The notes below the pieces were generated by a model. The model saw only the letters and a list, made by a program, of their open reading frames with translations, was not told the DNA's origin and did no database searches. A DNA stretch of 64,000 nt, taken from positions 79,856,001-79,920,000 of the forward strand of contig OX597815.1 in assembly GCA_951406725.2 (NCBI GenBank), read 5' to 3'. A program made the translations under genes and the position numbers. Positions within the stretch are counted from its first letter, which is position 1. Each line of letters opens with the position of its first letter. Source of the stretch: Octopus vulgaris (Eukaryota). Shown in pieces: positions 13,636 to 28,382 of the stretch.

Positions 13636-14170
13636 AACAGCAATCATAACAACAACGACGACGACGACAACAACAACAACAACAACAATAATAATAAATA
13701 AATACATAAGATACTGTTATAGAAAATCCAAAAGCATTAACGAGGGAATTACTTTCAAGAAGTGAATGTATGTGTGCATGTTTGTATGCATGTATAGTAT
13801 GAATGGACGTGTATTCACAGTACATAACTGATGCAACACAAAAGAACCATTGGTATATTTCTATAGTTGTTTGTTTGCATATATGTGAGAATTGTGCATT
13901 TGAATATGCGCATATATGTTAACTTTAGGTAGTTTCAATATGCTACATTACTGATACTCAATTTCCGGTGTTTCATATCAAATAACATTTTGGTCTATCT
14001 TGTGTGACGTCTGTACATTACGTCATAAGACGCATTGAACCAATAAAAAGAAACAATTCAATATATATACAAATCAGATTATAATACACACAAATATAAT
14101 CGCGCTCGATTATGTATATACATACACACGAATATATACGCATACACTTTAGCAATATATACATTATGTA

Positions 14171-14592
14171 AGGCAGCAAGCTGGTAGAATCGTTAGCACG
14201 CCGTACAAAATGCGTCCATCTGCACGTTCCGGGTTTAAGGAGGTCAACTTTGCCTTTCATCCTTTCAGAGTCGATAAATTATGTACCAATTGAGCACTAG
14301 GGCCGATGTAATCGGCTTAACTCCTATCTCGAAATTGCTGGTTTTGTGCTAAAGTTTGAAACTAAGATATACTCTACGTAAGGCGACGACCTGGCTGAAT
14401 CGTTACAACGCCGGAAAAAATACTGAGCGACATTTTTCCAACTTTACGCTTTTAGTTCCAATGCCACCAGGGTCGACTTTGCCTTTCATTCTTTCGAGAT
14501 CAATGAAATAAGTACCACTTGAGCACATGGATCGATGTAACTGACTTTCACCCTTCCCTCCAATAGCTGGCCTTGTGCCAAAATTTGAAACC
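14171..14592 (+). mobile_element. Two tandem family B SINEs
   Basis: Heads at 14171 and 14381; similar ATATA...TA(C/T)GTA sequence before, between and after the copies. Confidence 0.8.
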
Positions 14593-14819
14593 AAAATATA
14601 TATTACGTACTATTCTTCGCAGTTTAAAGTCAAATGACACGTTGTATCTCCTGCACCATGACATACATAACGATTCGACGAAGAAACATCTGCGTATCCG
14701 CTCAACCACAAAGAAAATTAGCCGAAATGAGAGCTTTTGTTTTATTTGCTGAGTTAGAAAATGTTGAGCTTGATGCTGATAACGTTCCGATTTAACAACT
14801 GTTGGAGCATAAGGAGGGA

Positions 14820-15880
14820 GAAATTTCTAGAGAAACGATTGTCTGGGACGGAAGAACTAGACATAGCGATTAATTTACCTGTTGTGCTTGGACACAATTA
14901 GGGTGTCGAGAGATATAAAGATGTGTAAGTCGTGAGTTCCTAAACAGGAAGAGTACACAATAAGTCAGCTCAGATGACAAGGGCCACTGTAGCAACTGGG
15001 TACGTAACGTATATATAGAATAGTAGTTAGAAATAGAAGGCGGCACGTCTGGGGCGCAGTGACTAGAGCGAGTTCGTGAGTGACATAATGCTAATCATTC
15101 GACTAACTCTTCTCAATATGCGGTTCAAGATGTCGATGTGAATAGCAGCAGCACCGGACCAATGTGGCAACAATACTCTTAGACCTCATTTGAGCTGACA
15201 TTCAGAGAGTTAGAAGTTGATATATTTTCTAGTCCTGAAGAGAAATCCCAGTTTTGGGGATGTGTTCCTGTCTATGTTAAAGAGTGCGAGCGCCGCCTGT
15301 ATTTTGGAAAAGCAACGGTTTATTCTTGATATGAGTAGTGTTTTAGTTGCCTCGAGGGCTGCCATTAAAAGAGATACGATTGGCATCATTGTACTAGAGG
15401 AATTTTTTTGGGTTTTCGTTCATAGAATCAGTGCTGTCTAGGTTGCGTGTGGGTGATGCATGGTTGGAAATAGGTTAGGAAAGAATGAAGGGTAGTCTTT
15501 CCTATATAAGAGAAGGCGTTGTTTTTGTAGCCGCAAGCGGGGCATTGATGTACAGAAGGAAGAAAATACGGAATAAAACAGAATCCCGAGGCACACTGTG
15601 AGTTGTACAGTGCCAATAATTACAGTGAACGTCCGCAACCAATGCAAGAGATGTGAGATAGGTGCAGCCCCTACATTGGAAGTTTTGGTGAAAATTTACT
15701 TGGTTAGAAGCTAAAAGAGCAATACTGCTTATACTGACCTTCTCCAAAGTGAGAACCACTGGTAACTTAACAGATTAAATTTCCAGTGGCCAGGTTCTGT
15801 GGAAATCGAACTGGTGGCCACTAAGGAAAGATAGAGATTCAAGTTTCATCGTTAATGGTTGTCTCCATTATTCTAGAGAT
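14820..15880 (-). pseudogene. Heavily decayed CR1/L2/Jockey-group LINE RT fragment
   Basis: HSVPRDSVLFRIFFLLYINA resembles GVPQGSVL.P.LFLLYIND; NAFSYIGKTTLH resembles .SYADDTTL. Boundaries are approximate. Confidence 0.55.
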
Positions 15881-16095
15881 GGTAGAAGTGAGTGTAATGA
15901 GAGGAGAGTTGATTTCTACGTATACACAGAGGTGTTGCCTTCCACGTATATAAATTCACACACACGCGCGCGTGCGCGTACACATAGATATACATATTTA
16001 CAAGGATTGGTTGTCTGTGACAAGTTTCGCAATTTTCTTGTTTTCGTAATAGGGCGAAATTTCGAAATCACTGTCAAACATATATACATATATTC

Positions 16096-16126
<31 letters not shown>

Positions 16127-16338
16127 TACATACATAGATACATACATACATGCATGCAGACCGATAGACAGACAGACATACACAAACAGGCACATTCATA
16201 CACACATTCACATACATATATATATATATTTATTTATACACATGATGCACATGCACGCTCACACAAAACACAGACACACACACTACATAACTATACACAT
16301 ATGTAAGCGTATGTATAAATATGTGTGTGCATTTTGTA

Positions 16339-16372
<34 letters not shown>

Positions 16373-16385
16373 CATACATACATAC

Positions 16386-16441
<56 letters not shown>

Positions 16442-18354
16442 CACACCATGCCACTCATTCTAAGCATATGTTTTAAATATATTTAAATAAACTGGTAACA
16501 TAATGCAGTGGAATTATATTTTCTTCTCAGCATGATAGATCGTTCAATCAGCGTTCCAGCCGTAACCATCCTGTCTTCTTTTCTGACATGTTGTTTTTAG
16601 AAATAAATTCTTCAATATGTTGTTTATATTTTATGAATGTAGAGTGATATTCGAGGGAAATTTAGATGCTATATTCTTAAAAGAGTAAGCGCGTAGAACT
16701 GATTGAATCTTAACCGTGATCGTCTGTACAGGCAAGGTTTATCGCATGGGTTACGGTGGCTTATTCTGAATATGCTCATATTTTCTCTGTGTCTGATCCG
16801 CTAAGCTTATAGGTCCTTGTGATTACATCGGTGAAGGTCTGAGCATAATGGCTAATATTTTTCTGCACATATTTCTGTTGCTATACCCTCTGCACTGTCT
16901 TTGGGACTTATGAGACTTTGCGCGCGACAACGCTATAGCAATTTTTCTATGTGTGTATTTGCATTTGTGTCTGTAAGGACTGACTGCACTCGATAGAGTT
17001 CAGAGGATGGCGTCGGCGTAGTATTTTAGATTACTGTACATTTGTCAGGAAATTTTGACTGATTCAACATGTAGTGCAAGGACTGAGACACATGGGGTTC
17101 ATATATCGAAAAGGACCTTTCATCTTGAGTTTTAGGCACTGAGCAATCCCTCTCTTTACACTGTATGGATGGTGGGAATGGAAGTTGTTACCACATTGCC
17201 AGAAATCAACCTTTACTCCCCAACTGTATTTCATATTTATATATAAATTTCAATTAATGCAAATTTTGGCATTGTTACTTCTGCTTTTCTTCGACTAGAA
17301 TGAATCATTCAGATAATTATTTTTTCTCTTCATTACGGGCGTAATTGTAATTAATTAAAATTTCTTGACTACATTAAGTATGCTAGCACCGTTTTTGTTG
17401 CATGGTTTTCATGCAGCAATTGTCACTAGCTGTTTTCCCCAAGACATCAGTTTACATTTATTATATTAATTTGGTACGCACTGGGAATTCTCATCTTGAA
17501 TATTTGAATTAATATACGAGTGTCGTTTATGATATCCCTGTCATGGTAATGGAGCTGCAGTGTGTGATGATCAAGTTTTATTAGTCCATAAAGATTGTTG
17601 TTACTGTTCTTGTTATTGTTCTTATTGTGGTGATGTTGCCGGTGGTCGTGGCGGTGGTTTGAGTAGTATCTAAGACTAGAGTAGTCCGTAAATTCTTCCT
17701 TCTTTTAAATCGTTTTCAGGGAGATACTTAAAGTTGCTTTCTGGGAGATACTTAAATCTATGGTAACCAATAAGTCTTTTGGTGTTTTAAGAAATTAGGG
17801 GACACTTCGAGAAAAATATTTGAAGTTAATGGCTACGGGATTACTTTGGTTATAGCTGTGTATTTCCTAGAATATTAACGTTGCCGTATCATCATCATGT
17901 ACAGATGGAACGAAACAGATTTCACTATTTTGACAACGGACCAATTAGAATTATAGCAATGATGCGTAACCGCAACTGAGAGGTAAAGCCAGCAAAAGAA
18001 TAACAAAATATTTATACATGTATCTTTTCTGTCTGAATGTCTGTCTCTCATTCTTTCCGCCTCTGTCAGCCTTAATATATATCTATGTATATCAATGGTT
18101 TAGGTATGTCCGACACGTGTTTCTGCTGCGTAGAGAATTAGCAGTTGCATTTGCATTCAGTTATTTTCAACTATGCACCGATATTCAAGGTCTGCACAGT
18201 AAATCGATCCCAGAATTTACCCATCGAATGAATTACAGGGGAGTTTCAATAATACTCGATACGGTTAGCCTGAACCCGGAATGTACCTGAGTGCTCGTTC
18301 GCTACTCTCTTAGATAATTTATCCCTATATACTCATCGTATATATGTATCCGAA

Positions 18355-18688
18355 AGGTGGAATTTGAACTCAGAGCATAAAGACAGACGAAATGCCGCAT
18401 AGCATTTTTTCCGGCGGGCTAGAAATTCAGCTTGCGCGCCTCTTTTAACAACAACAACAACAACAACAACAACAACCCTTTCTGCTATAGGCACAAGGCC
18501 TGAAATTTTGGCGGAGGCGCTGTGCCGATTACATCGACCCCAGTACTCAGCTGGTACTTAATTTATCGACCCTCGAAAGGATGAAAGGCAAAGTCGACCT
18601 CGGCGGAATTTGAACTCAGATCCTAAGGACGGACAAAATGCCGCTAAGCATTTTGTTTAGCGTGCCAGCGATTCTGCTAGCTCGCCTC
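18355..18688 (-). mobile_element. Family B SINE (18477-18688) plus a partial copy (18355-18442)
   Basis: Reverse match to the family B consensus. Confidence 0.8.
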
Positions 18689-18749
18689 TTTTACTACTAC
18701 TACTACTACTACTACTGGTGCTGTTATTAATATCATTAATATGATTATT

Positions 18750-18974
18750 GAGTGAGAGAGCAATGCAAGCCATCAAAATGACACTGAAGTATAAATATAC
18801 GAATCCCAGTATACTCATCATTACTACTCGTATAATAAAGCTACACAAGGCACGTGCATCACAACCACATGTGCGCGACATGGTGATCTCATATCAAGAT
18901 AAACAGCGCATGACCTTGCAGGTGGGGTCCAGTTAAAATTTTCTTCAGGTCGAGAAACCCATCCCACTCAAAGG
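18750..18974 (-). mobile_element. 5'-truncated copy of the ~550-bp (TAA)n-associated repeat
   Basis: Reverse complement of the 3' part of 12108-12653. Confidence 0.8.
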
Positions 18975-18992
18975 ATAATGATGATGATGATG

Positions 18993-19055
<63 letters not shown>

Positions 19056-19059
19056 TATA

Positions 19060-19235
19060 TTTTCCTCTGTCTTCTCTTCTCTGGATCTTTCCTTCTCCTA
19101 TGTTTCCAACGAAGAGCTCCGCTCGAAACGTTAAACCGTCCTTCTTTCCTTCTTTCCTGAGCGTCCAATAATACTATATTTGTTCCACGTCCTCGCGTTG
19201 TTGTGTTTTTTTGTGCTTTCTTGTTTGGATTAACA
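19060..19235 (+). mobile_element. Short pLTR-like repeat with a degenerate hammerhead (19102-19136)
   Basis: GTTT-CCAACGA-A-GAGC(tcc)GCTC-GAAA-CG-TT-AAAC; downstream TTCCTGAGCGT...AATAC...CCAC is shared with 60785-60950 (minus) and partly with 49310-49370 (minus). Confidence 0.6.
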
Positions 19236-19536
19236 TATATATACTGATATTCACGTCGTTGAATTTTTGAATTTCTGAATTCAATTATGTTGCTGCAATA
19301 AAAGGTATGCTTACATATTTGGGTAGTTAGGGAGAAAAGAAAGATAAAAGTTTTACACAAAATTTGATATATTAAAGCTTTAAAGTTTTCTTGAGATGCT
19401 CGTTTGTCTTGTCTAGTTGGAGAATACAGTACGACTTTTGCAATGAAAAGGATGTTTACATTTTCGAATACTCAGGAAAAGAGAAAAGAAAAGAAAAGGG
19501 TAAAATTTTCACAGAAAGTTGTAGATATTAAAGTTT

Positions 19537-19612
<76 letters not shown>

Positions 19613-19616
19613 GTTA

Positions 19617-19684
<68 letters not shown>

Positions 19685-19686
<2 letters not shown>

Positions 19687-20023
19687 ACAGTTTTTTTTAA
19701 TAACGTGCTTTCACTTCACTACCGAGTGCAGCTCTGTGTGTCTTGGGTATGTGCTGTGGTTTGGTTTGATGCTCTTATGGTTACTGTATTGAAAGTGTTT
19801 TGCGTAGGATGTGTGCAGTGCCCAGTAGTGCAATTTTCTGTATGTTATATATATTTGTAAGTCCTGGTGTTTTTGTTATGTGTTTGTCTGAATATTTTTT
19901 ATAATACCTAATGCGTCTACTATGATGGGAATTGTTTCTGTTTTTAGATTCCACATTCGAGTTACCTCTATTTCTAGATTTTTGTATTTTGAAAATTGCT
20001 CCGTTTTCATCTGCCGGTATTGA
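19685..20023 (-). mobile_element. 5'-truncated R4/Dong LINE 3' end in (TTA)n
   Basis: Matches 20958-21310; encodes NIQKIALLGTAHILRKTL; (TTA)n on both sides. Confidence 0.9.
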
Positions 20024-20110
<87 letters not shown>

Positions 20111-20111
20111 G

Positions 20112-20320
20112 AGGTGGCGAGCTAGCAGAATCATTAGTATGCCGGTCAAAATACTTAGCGGTATTTCGTCCGTCTTTCCGTTCAAAATCCGCCAGGGTTG
20201 ACTTTGTCTTTCATCCATTTCAGGGTTGATAGAATAAGTACCAATTGTGTGCTGGGGTCGATGTGATCGACTAACCCCTTCCTCCAAAATTTCAGGCCTT
20301 GTGCCTATAGTGGAATGGAT
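20112..20320 (+). mobile_element. Family B SINE
   Basis: Consensus match. Confidence 0.85.
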
Positions 20321-20353
20321 TATTATTATTATCATCATCATCATCACCATCAC

Positions 20354-20387
<34 letters not shown>

Positions 20388-20865
20388 GAGTGAGAGAGCA
20401 GTGCATGCCATCAAAGTGACACTGGGGTAAAATATACGAAGCCCAATATACCCATCATGACTACCCGTCTGATAAAGGTACACTAAGCACATGCATCACA
20501 ACCATATGTGCACAACATGGTGATCTCATATCAAGATAAACAGCACATGACCTTGCAGGTGGGGCCCAGTTAGAATTTTCTTCAAGTCGAGGCATTTATT
20601 TTAGCCCATCCCGCTCAAAAGGTCCCTGAATAAGGGCTGTTTAAGGATGTTGAACGAACCACACATGTTTCCATAGGTGAATTATTAAAACCCCAAAGAA
20701 TCCATCTCAACACATGGCTATGATGCTCCCCCACTACTTCTGCTCATGATCAGAGATGCACACTAAGGGACATGCTCAACTGGTTAAGGTCAAACAACTG
20801 ACAAGCAAATCTGTAGTATTGAGCAGAATATTTGCTGTAACTCATCTCTTATACCAAGACAAAAC
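20388..20865 (-). mobile_element. 5'-truncated copy of the ~550-bp (TAA)n-associated repeat
   Basis: Reverse complement of most of 12108-12653, missing the 5' end; (TTA)n on both sides. Confidence 0.85.
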
Positions 20866-20957
<92 letters not shown>

Positions 20958-20960
<3 letters not shown>

Positions 20961-23900
20961 TAGCTTTATTTTTATAGCGTGCTGTCACTTCACTACCGAG
21001 CGCAGCTCTGTGTGCCTTGGGTATGTGCTGTGATTTGTTGTGATGCTCTGATGGTTATTGTATGGAAAGTGTTCTGCGTAGGATGTGTGCAGTGCCTAGT
21101 AGTTTTCTGTATGTTATATGTGTTTGTAAGTCCTGGTGTTTTTGTTATGTATTTGTCTGAATAGATTTTTATCATGCCTAATGCACCTATGATAGGAATT
21201 GTTTCTGTTTTCAGATTCCACATTCTAGTTACCTCTATTTCCAGGTCTTTGTATTTTGAGAGTTTCTCCATTTCTTTTAGAGACACGTTGTCATCTGCCG
21301 GTATTGATACATCAATTAAAAAGCATTTTTTTCTTCATCATCTCTGACAACTATATCTGGTCTGTTGGCCTTAATTTCTCTATCTGTGTGTATCGGCATA
21401 TCCCAGAGTATGGTTGCTTTCTCGTTTTCTGTGACCTTTTCTGGTGTGTGCCTATACCATCTTTTTTCTGTTGTTATTCCATAATGTTGGCATAGCTTCC
21501 AATGTTTGTAGGTTCCAACTCTGTCATGTCTGTGAATATATTCCTTCTTAGCCAGGACTGGGCAGCTAGAGATAATATGATTTATTGTTTCTTGTCCATC
21601 TCCACATATTCTGCAGTTACTTGTAATATTTCTTTTCATTACATGTTTTTGGTAATTTCTGGTGGGGAGGCTTTGGTCTTGTGCTGCAATTAAAAATCCC
21701 TCTGTTTCTGCTTTGAGTCCTGAGCTTCTCAATCATTGCTGGGATTTTTCTTTGTCTATTTCTTTTGCGTTTAGTTTAGCCCAGTATTTACCATGAAGGG
21801 GCTTTTCTTGCCATCGTTTTATCACGGTTCGTTGCTGTTCTATTTTTAGTTTGGATTTCATTTGTTTTATAGCTTTTGTTGTTTCTTCATCTTCTTCTTC
21901 TTCTTCATATTTATTAGGTGGTATGATTTCTTGTTTGTATTTGTCAGCTTCCTTAAATACTGAGAACAGTTTTTTGTTTTGCTCGTGTTTTGCCGCTATT
22001 TGTATCAGTTTTCCTTCCTTCTGAAGTAGATATTTTTGCAGTCCTATGGTGGTTATTTTATAGTAGTTTTCCAGCTGTATAAGGCCTCTACCACCTTCTA
22101 TACCTTGTATATATAGTCTTTCTATGTCAGATTTTGGGTGATGCATCCTAGATCCTGTCATTATTTTTCTTGTTTTCCTATCTATTTTGGTCAGTTCATT
22201 TCGTGTCCAGTTAAGGATATTGTAGCTGTAACTTATAACTGGGACAGCTAAAGTGTTAATACCTATAATCTTGTTTTTAGCATTGAGCTCTGTTTTTAGT
22301 ATTGATCTAACTCGTCTATAATATTCTTTTTTTATTTTCTTTTTCATTTGTGTGTGTTGTGTCTTATCTAGTTCATGGATTCCTAAGTATTTGTAAGTTT
22401 GGCTTTGGTCTAATTCTTTTATTTCATTGGTTTTATCTAGTGTGATGTTGCTACTCTTAACTAGTTTTCCTCTTTTCATGGTTACTTTGGCGCATTTTTC
22501 TAATCCAAATTTCATATCTATTTCTTTGGTAAATCCATGAACTGTCTTTAATAGTGTTTCCAGCAGTTTGTCATTTGCAGCGTATAGTTTTAGGTCTTCC
22601 ATATATAAAAGGTGACTGATCGTTTTGCCGTAACATTTATATCCGCATCCAGTTCTATTTAGTATATCAGATAGAGGTGACAGTGCCAAGCAGAAAAGGA
22701 GTGGAGAGAGCGTGTCTCCCTGGAATATTCCTCTTCTAATGGGGATGTCTTTGGTTTTCATGAGTCCCTCTTTTGTTTGGAGGTGTAGGACTGTTTGCCA
22801 TTTATTCATAGAGTGCTCTATGAATTTTATAATTGTTGGTGCTACTTTGTTAATGGCTAGTGTTTCGAGGATCCATGTGTGGGGGATGCTATCAAACGCC
22901 TTTTTGTAGTCAATCCAGGCCATACTGAGGCCTTTCTTCTTTCTGTGGCTGTCTTCAGTTATGGCTTTATTAATCATTAGTTGATCTTTACAGCCATATG
23001 AGCCTTTGCGGCATCCTTTCTGCTCTTCTGGGAACAGTTCGTTTTCGTCCAGGTGCTTGTTCAACCTTTGCGATATCACTGCAGTAAATGCCTTGAACAT
23101 TGTAGGGAGGCAGGTTATTGGTCTGTAGTTTTCTGGTTTTGCTGTCTCATTTGATTTGGGAATTAAGATGGTTTTCCCCTTCGTGAGCCATTCAGGCATT
23201 GTCTCTGGCTCTGCTAGTATGTTGTTAAAGTTTTCAGCCAGCTTTTCGTGCATTCCTGTTAGATATTTCAACCAGAAGTTGGGGATCTTGTCATGCCTAG
23301 GTGCCTTCCATTTGCTTAGTCTTTTCAGTGCCTGGGTGACTTCTTCAGTTGTTATGGGGGTCCAAATTTGTTTAGATGCCGAGTTTGTTATTTTGATACT
23401 CCTTTTTTTTTGGTTGTTCGTTCGCCGACCATATTTCTCTCCAGAATTCTTCCAATTCTTCTACCATTGGTGCTGCAGTGACTTCTATTTTATTTTTGCC
23501 AAGTTCTTGGTAGAACTTTTTGGGGTTGGAGTTGAACTTTTTGTTTTGTTCAAAGAAGCGTTGGCGTTTCTCGTACCGGCGGATCCTTTGAGCTTTGGCA
23601 AGGATATCTTGCTTCAGCTTTTCTTTTATCTCAGGTAAATCTTTCTCTGTGATGTTATATTTGCGGAGTATTTTTGTTTTCTTTTTGTTGCTCAGTAGCG
23701 TTGATTGTTTGCTGATTTCATTAAGAATCGACAAATCTTTTCTAATTTTTTGTAATTTGTTTTGGATGTTATTTATCCACAGGGTTTGTTTGGGTGGTGG
23801 TACTCCTGTTTGGACGGGTTTGAGTGAGTATCCAGCTTCTTTTGTGGCTGCAGTGGCTGCTGCGTATATTAAGTCATTTAGCTCAGTGATATCGCTTTTT

Positions 23901-24252
23901 GTTTCAGTGGCTATTAGTTCCGTGACGGTTAGGTTTATGCTGTTTATAATTGGTGTTGTTGTTTCGTCTATTTTGATTCTTGAGAGGTATGGTCGGTGGT
24001 CCATTTTGAGCTCTGTGGTTTTCAGTTCTTTGATTATTTTACTTTTTATATTATCATAATCATTAGGCTCCCCTTCGTTGTTTACATCATGTTTGTTGGG
24101 AATGTTGCGTTTGTCTTCGTGTTTTACAGTTTCAGTGTTTATATTATTGGGCATTGTTGTGTGGCTTCTATCTACATTTTCCTGGTGTATTTTTTCTTTT
24201 AGATGCTCTATTTCTATTTCTGATATTTTTTTTTTTGTGTTGAGAATGTATC
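20958..24252 (-). mobile_element. R4/Dong-clade non-LTR retrotransposon (RT + CCHC + restriction-like endonuclease), 5'-truncated, inactive
   Basis: RT motifs PENYRPITCL, WIDYKKAFDSIPH, GIFQGDTLSPLLF, HLLYMEDLKL; CRICGDGQETINHIISSC knuckle; RHD and NRPDIV...LIDVSIP...EKLSKYKDL endonuclease. Flanked by (TTA)n. Frameshifts near 23400 and 21325, stop at 21733. Confidence 0.93.
21733..23271 (-). pseudogene. Largest open segment of the R4/Dong RT ORF (512 aa)
   Basis: ORF track; the catalytic YMDD motif reads YMED and the segment ends at a premature stop. Confidence 0.9.
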
Positions 24253-24287
24253 TTTGCTGTAACTCATCTCTTATACCAAGACAAAAC

Positions 24288-24355
<68 letters not shown>

Positions 24356-24356
24356 G

Positions 24357-24420
<64 letters not shown>

Positions 24421-25103
24421 CCTTCTCCTCCTCCTCCTCATCATCATCATCGTCATCATCCACATCATTATTATTCTTGCTGTCGCTGTCTAATGTTTGT
24501 ATCATTCCTATATATTTTCATGCCGTCAGTTGATATAGTGTTAAATGTTATACAGTCAAGATATTGATATCGTTGCGCTATCTATTTCTGAACAGTGTAA
24601 TGTTGTCAGATTTCAAAGCTCAAATGTATATTTCTTTAAAAAAAGAATTAGTGATAGAATAAATTTCTAAAACAATAATAAAGAAACAGTGCTATAAAAC
24701 ATTCGTGTTATTTCTCTTAGACAATACTAGTCTTCACGATCTTCAAAGGTTATTTCATTATACTATTCTAATGGTTAATCACTTTACTGATTGAGCAGAG
24801 AAAAACATCTACCGCTTTATAACGTTTGAAACAGAATCACTGAAAAGAGATGTTAATTATTATTCTTACTTCAGTTCTAAGACAGATGAACATATGAATT
24901 CAAACTGAGGTTTTAACTCGATAAATTACTGTTTTCATAAAATAACATACAGGCCCAGGATGTCTGTTTGCATTTTATTATGCCCTAGTCCCTACCAATA
25001 CTCTGTGAGTAAATTTGGTTTACAGAAATCGTGTACCCGCTGCACACGCAGACACACACGCACAAACATACACACACATGTACGATATGTGTGTATGTGT
25101 GTG

Positions 25104-26108
<1,005 letters not shown>

Positions 26109-26324
26109 AGTATATATAAGAAGTAATTAAGATTCAGTTGAATTAGGTACTTAAGTTGAAGCACCAAGTCAGTCCGGTATTATCCGCACAACTCGAAGTA
26201 AGGTGAATAAAATATTTAAAATAAAATTATATTAATGTATCCTACCTGTTGAAGTTTCATATAAAAAATTTATGCGCAGCTGAAGATAGCGCTGTATTTA
26301 AATTGATGTAATGATTGCATTGCT

Positions 26325-26667
26325 CACTTAAAATGGTCGTACTGCATTACTACTTGATATTCCGTTGCTTATTTTGATTATACATACATATATATAAATA
26401 CACACGCACACACGCACATACACACACACGCACATACACACACACGCACATACACACACACGCACATATATATATATATATATATAATCAAAATAAGCAA
26501 CAGGATATCAAGTAGTAATACCGTACGATCGTTTCAAGTGGAACTATATTTTTGAGTAATGCAGATATCCTAGAAACAGCTGTAAGACTTTGATTTTTTT
26601 CCAATAATAATAATGTATAAGACTTGAGATGTTTGCCTTGTCTTAACGTTTGTTGTCCTCTTAAATA

Positions 26668-26714
<47 letters not shown>

Positions 26715-26860
26715 TAAACAGGACGGCAAACATTAAAGCAAGGCAAACATCTCAAGTCATATACAATATTATTATTAGAAGGAATTCCTATGATAATAAT
26801 ATTGTATACGACTTGAGATCATTGCCTTGCCTTAATGTGTGCTGTCCTGTTTAGCAATTA
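26325..26860. repeat. Cluster of nested inverted repeats around microsatellites
   Basis: 26325-26380 is inverted at 26486-26542; a ~70-bp unit occurs at ~26605 (+), ~26708 (-) and ~26793 (+). Confidence 0.75.
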
Positions 26861-26999
26861 TATATCCGCTGCATCGGAAATCTGCAATAACTCTATAACT
26901 ACCGTCTTGGCTATAACCTTGGAGCGCTAGGAATCACTTACAGCACCTACCTAGCGTACTTAATCGTTTCGATCACCTGTGAACTAAACCCCCTTAATT

Positions 27000-27059
<60 letters not shown>

Positions 27060-27248
27060 AGCATAAACCGTAAAATGTCAGGAGACATGAGAGGCTAATC
27101 TGTATTTAAGGATGATTATATTCTTCTCTAATACTTCATGAATTTTTTATGGTTTATATACTCATGAAACAATTTCATGGATTGGATCTCTTGGATTTCA
27201 GTTGCATGCAACACTGCATTACACTCCTCAGTATTCGATTGCTATGAA

Positions 27249-27480
27249 GGCGGCGAGCTGGCAGAAACGTTGGCACGCCGGGCGAAATGCATAGCCGTAT
27301 TTCGTCTGCCGTTACGTTCTGAGTTCAAATTCCGCCGAGGTCGACTTTGCCTTTCATCCTTTCGGGGTCGATAAATTAAGTACCAGTTACACACTGGGGT
27401 CGATATAATCGACTTAATCCGTTTGTCTGTCCTTGTTTGTCCTCTCTGTGTTTAGCCCCTTGTGGGTAGTAAAGAAATAG
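27249..27480 (+). mobile_element. Young family B SINE with 16-bp TSD
   Basis: GTATTCGATTGCTATG at 27231 and 27481. Confidence 0.9.
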
Positions 27481-28214
27481 GTATTCGATTGCTATGTGAT
27501 GGATAGCTAGTTCCTCGTTGGTGGATACTCGTCCAGTAGAGATACCAGTAGTTCACTCCAGCACGCAATACATAGAAATGAAGTAACACACAGTCACTGA
27601 ACTTGCAACAAGCAATGTATAGTAAAGTAAGTGACAACCAGTCACTGATCTGACAAGAGATGAAAGCAGTAACTATACTGAGAAGTAATGTTTACTGTCA
27701 CTTAAACATGGTTGTTCCGTAGGAATCGACGTTACTGCTATTTTTAACCGAACGTGATTTTTACTTATTTCAAAAAATATTTTATTTTACAAGAAATTCC
27801 TTTCTCTAAATGCATATTCACGATATTCTTTCATCATCATTAAATTAATTTCCATATAACTTACCTATAAAATTTCATGTCGTTGCTAATGTATGTATAA
27901 TTGTGCACGAAACCATTACTCTACACCAGCTTTTGGTTCATTCACAAGTTCCATTAAATTCTCAAAATTTCCAATTTGAATATATTTTCATATAAATGTT
28001 GCTAATATGTTCATTTTAAAAACTTTTTGCTAGAAGTCTCACCCATTCTCTACAACTGTCTTTTACTGTAATTACCACCTGTCCTACATCTTGTAGACAT
28101 CTTTCTACCTAAATACATCCCTTTGTCTGTTCCGGCCACCAATGAGCGTTGATTAGCTTACATTTTGCAATCTTACAACTTTCAAAGACTTTCAGAATGA
28201 TTACCACTCCAAAC

Positions 28215-28382
28215 AAAATGCTTAACAGCATTTCTTTCGTTTCTTTACGCTTTGAATCAAAATTTCACCGTGGTCGACTTTGTTTTTCAACCTTTCGTGA
28301 TCGATAAAATAAGTACCAGTTGAGCCCTGATATAATCGATTTACCCCTCACCTGAAAATTACTAGTTTTGTTCCAAAATTAA
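28215..28382 (+). mobile_element. Degenerate family B SINE
   Basis: GGTCGACTTTG...TCGATAAAATAAGTACCAGTTGAG core. Confidence 0.7.

Noticed and set aside
15234-15262. CTGAAGAGAAATCCC...GGGATG hammerhead-like string
   Set aside because: No stem II, G at position 17, and it lies inside a LINE relic.
16700-17220. Minus-strand YAQTFTDVITRTYK resembling a PLE RT N-terminus
   Set aside because: One weak motif only; needs an HMM search.
18105-18165. Minus-strand GAAACACGTGTC palindromic stem III
   Set aside because: No correctly placed CUGANGA or stem I.
23372-24505. 377-aa ORF with an acidic/poly-N N-terminus as a host gene
   Set aside because: The N-terminus is flanking (TAA)n read in frame with the truncated Dong ORF.
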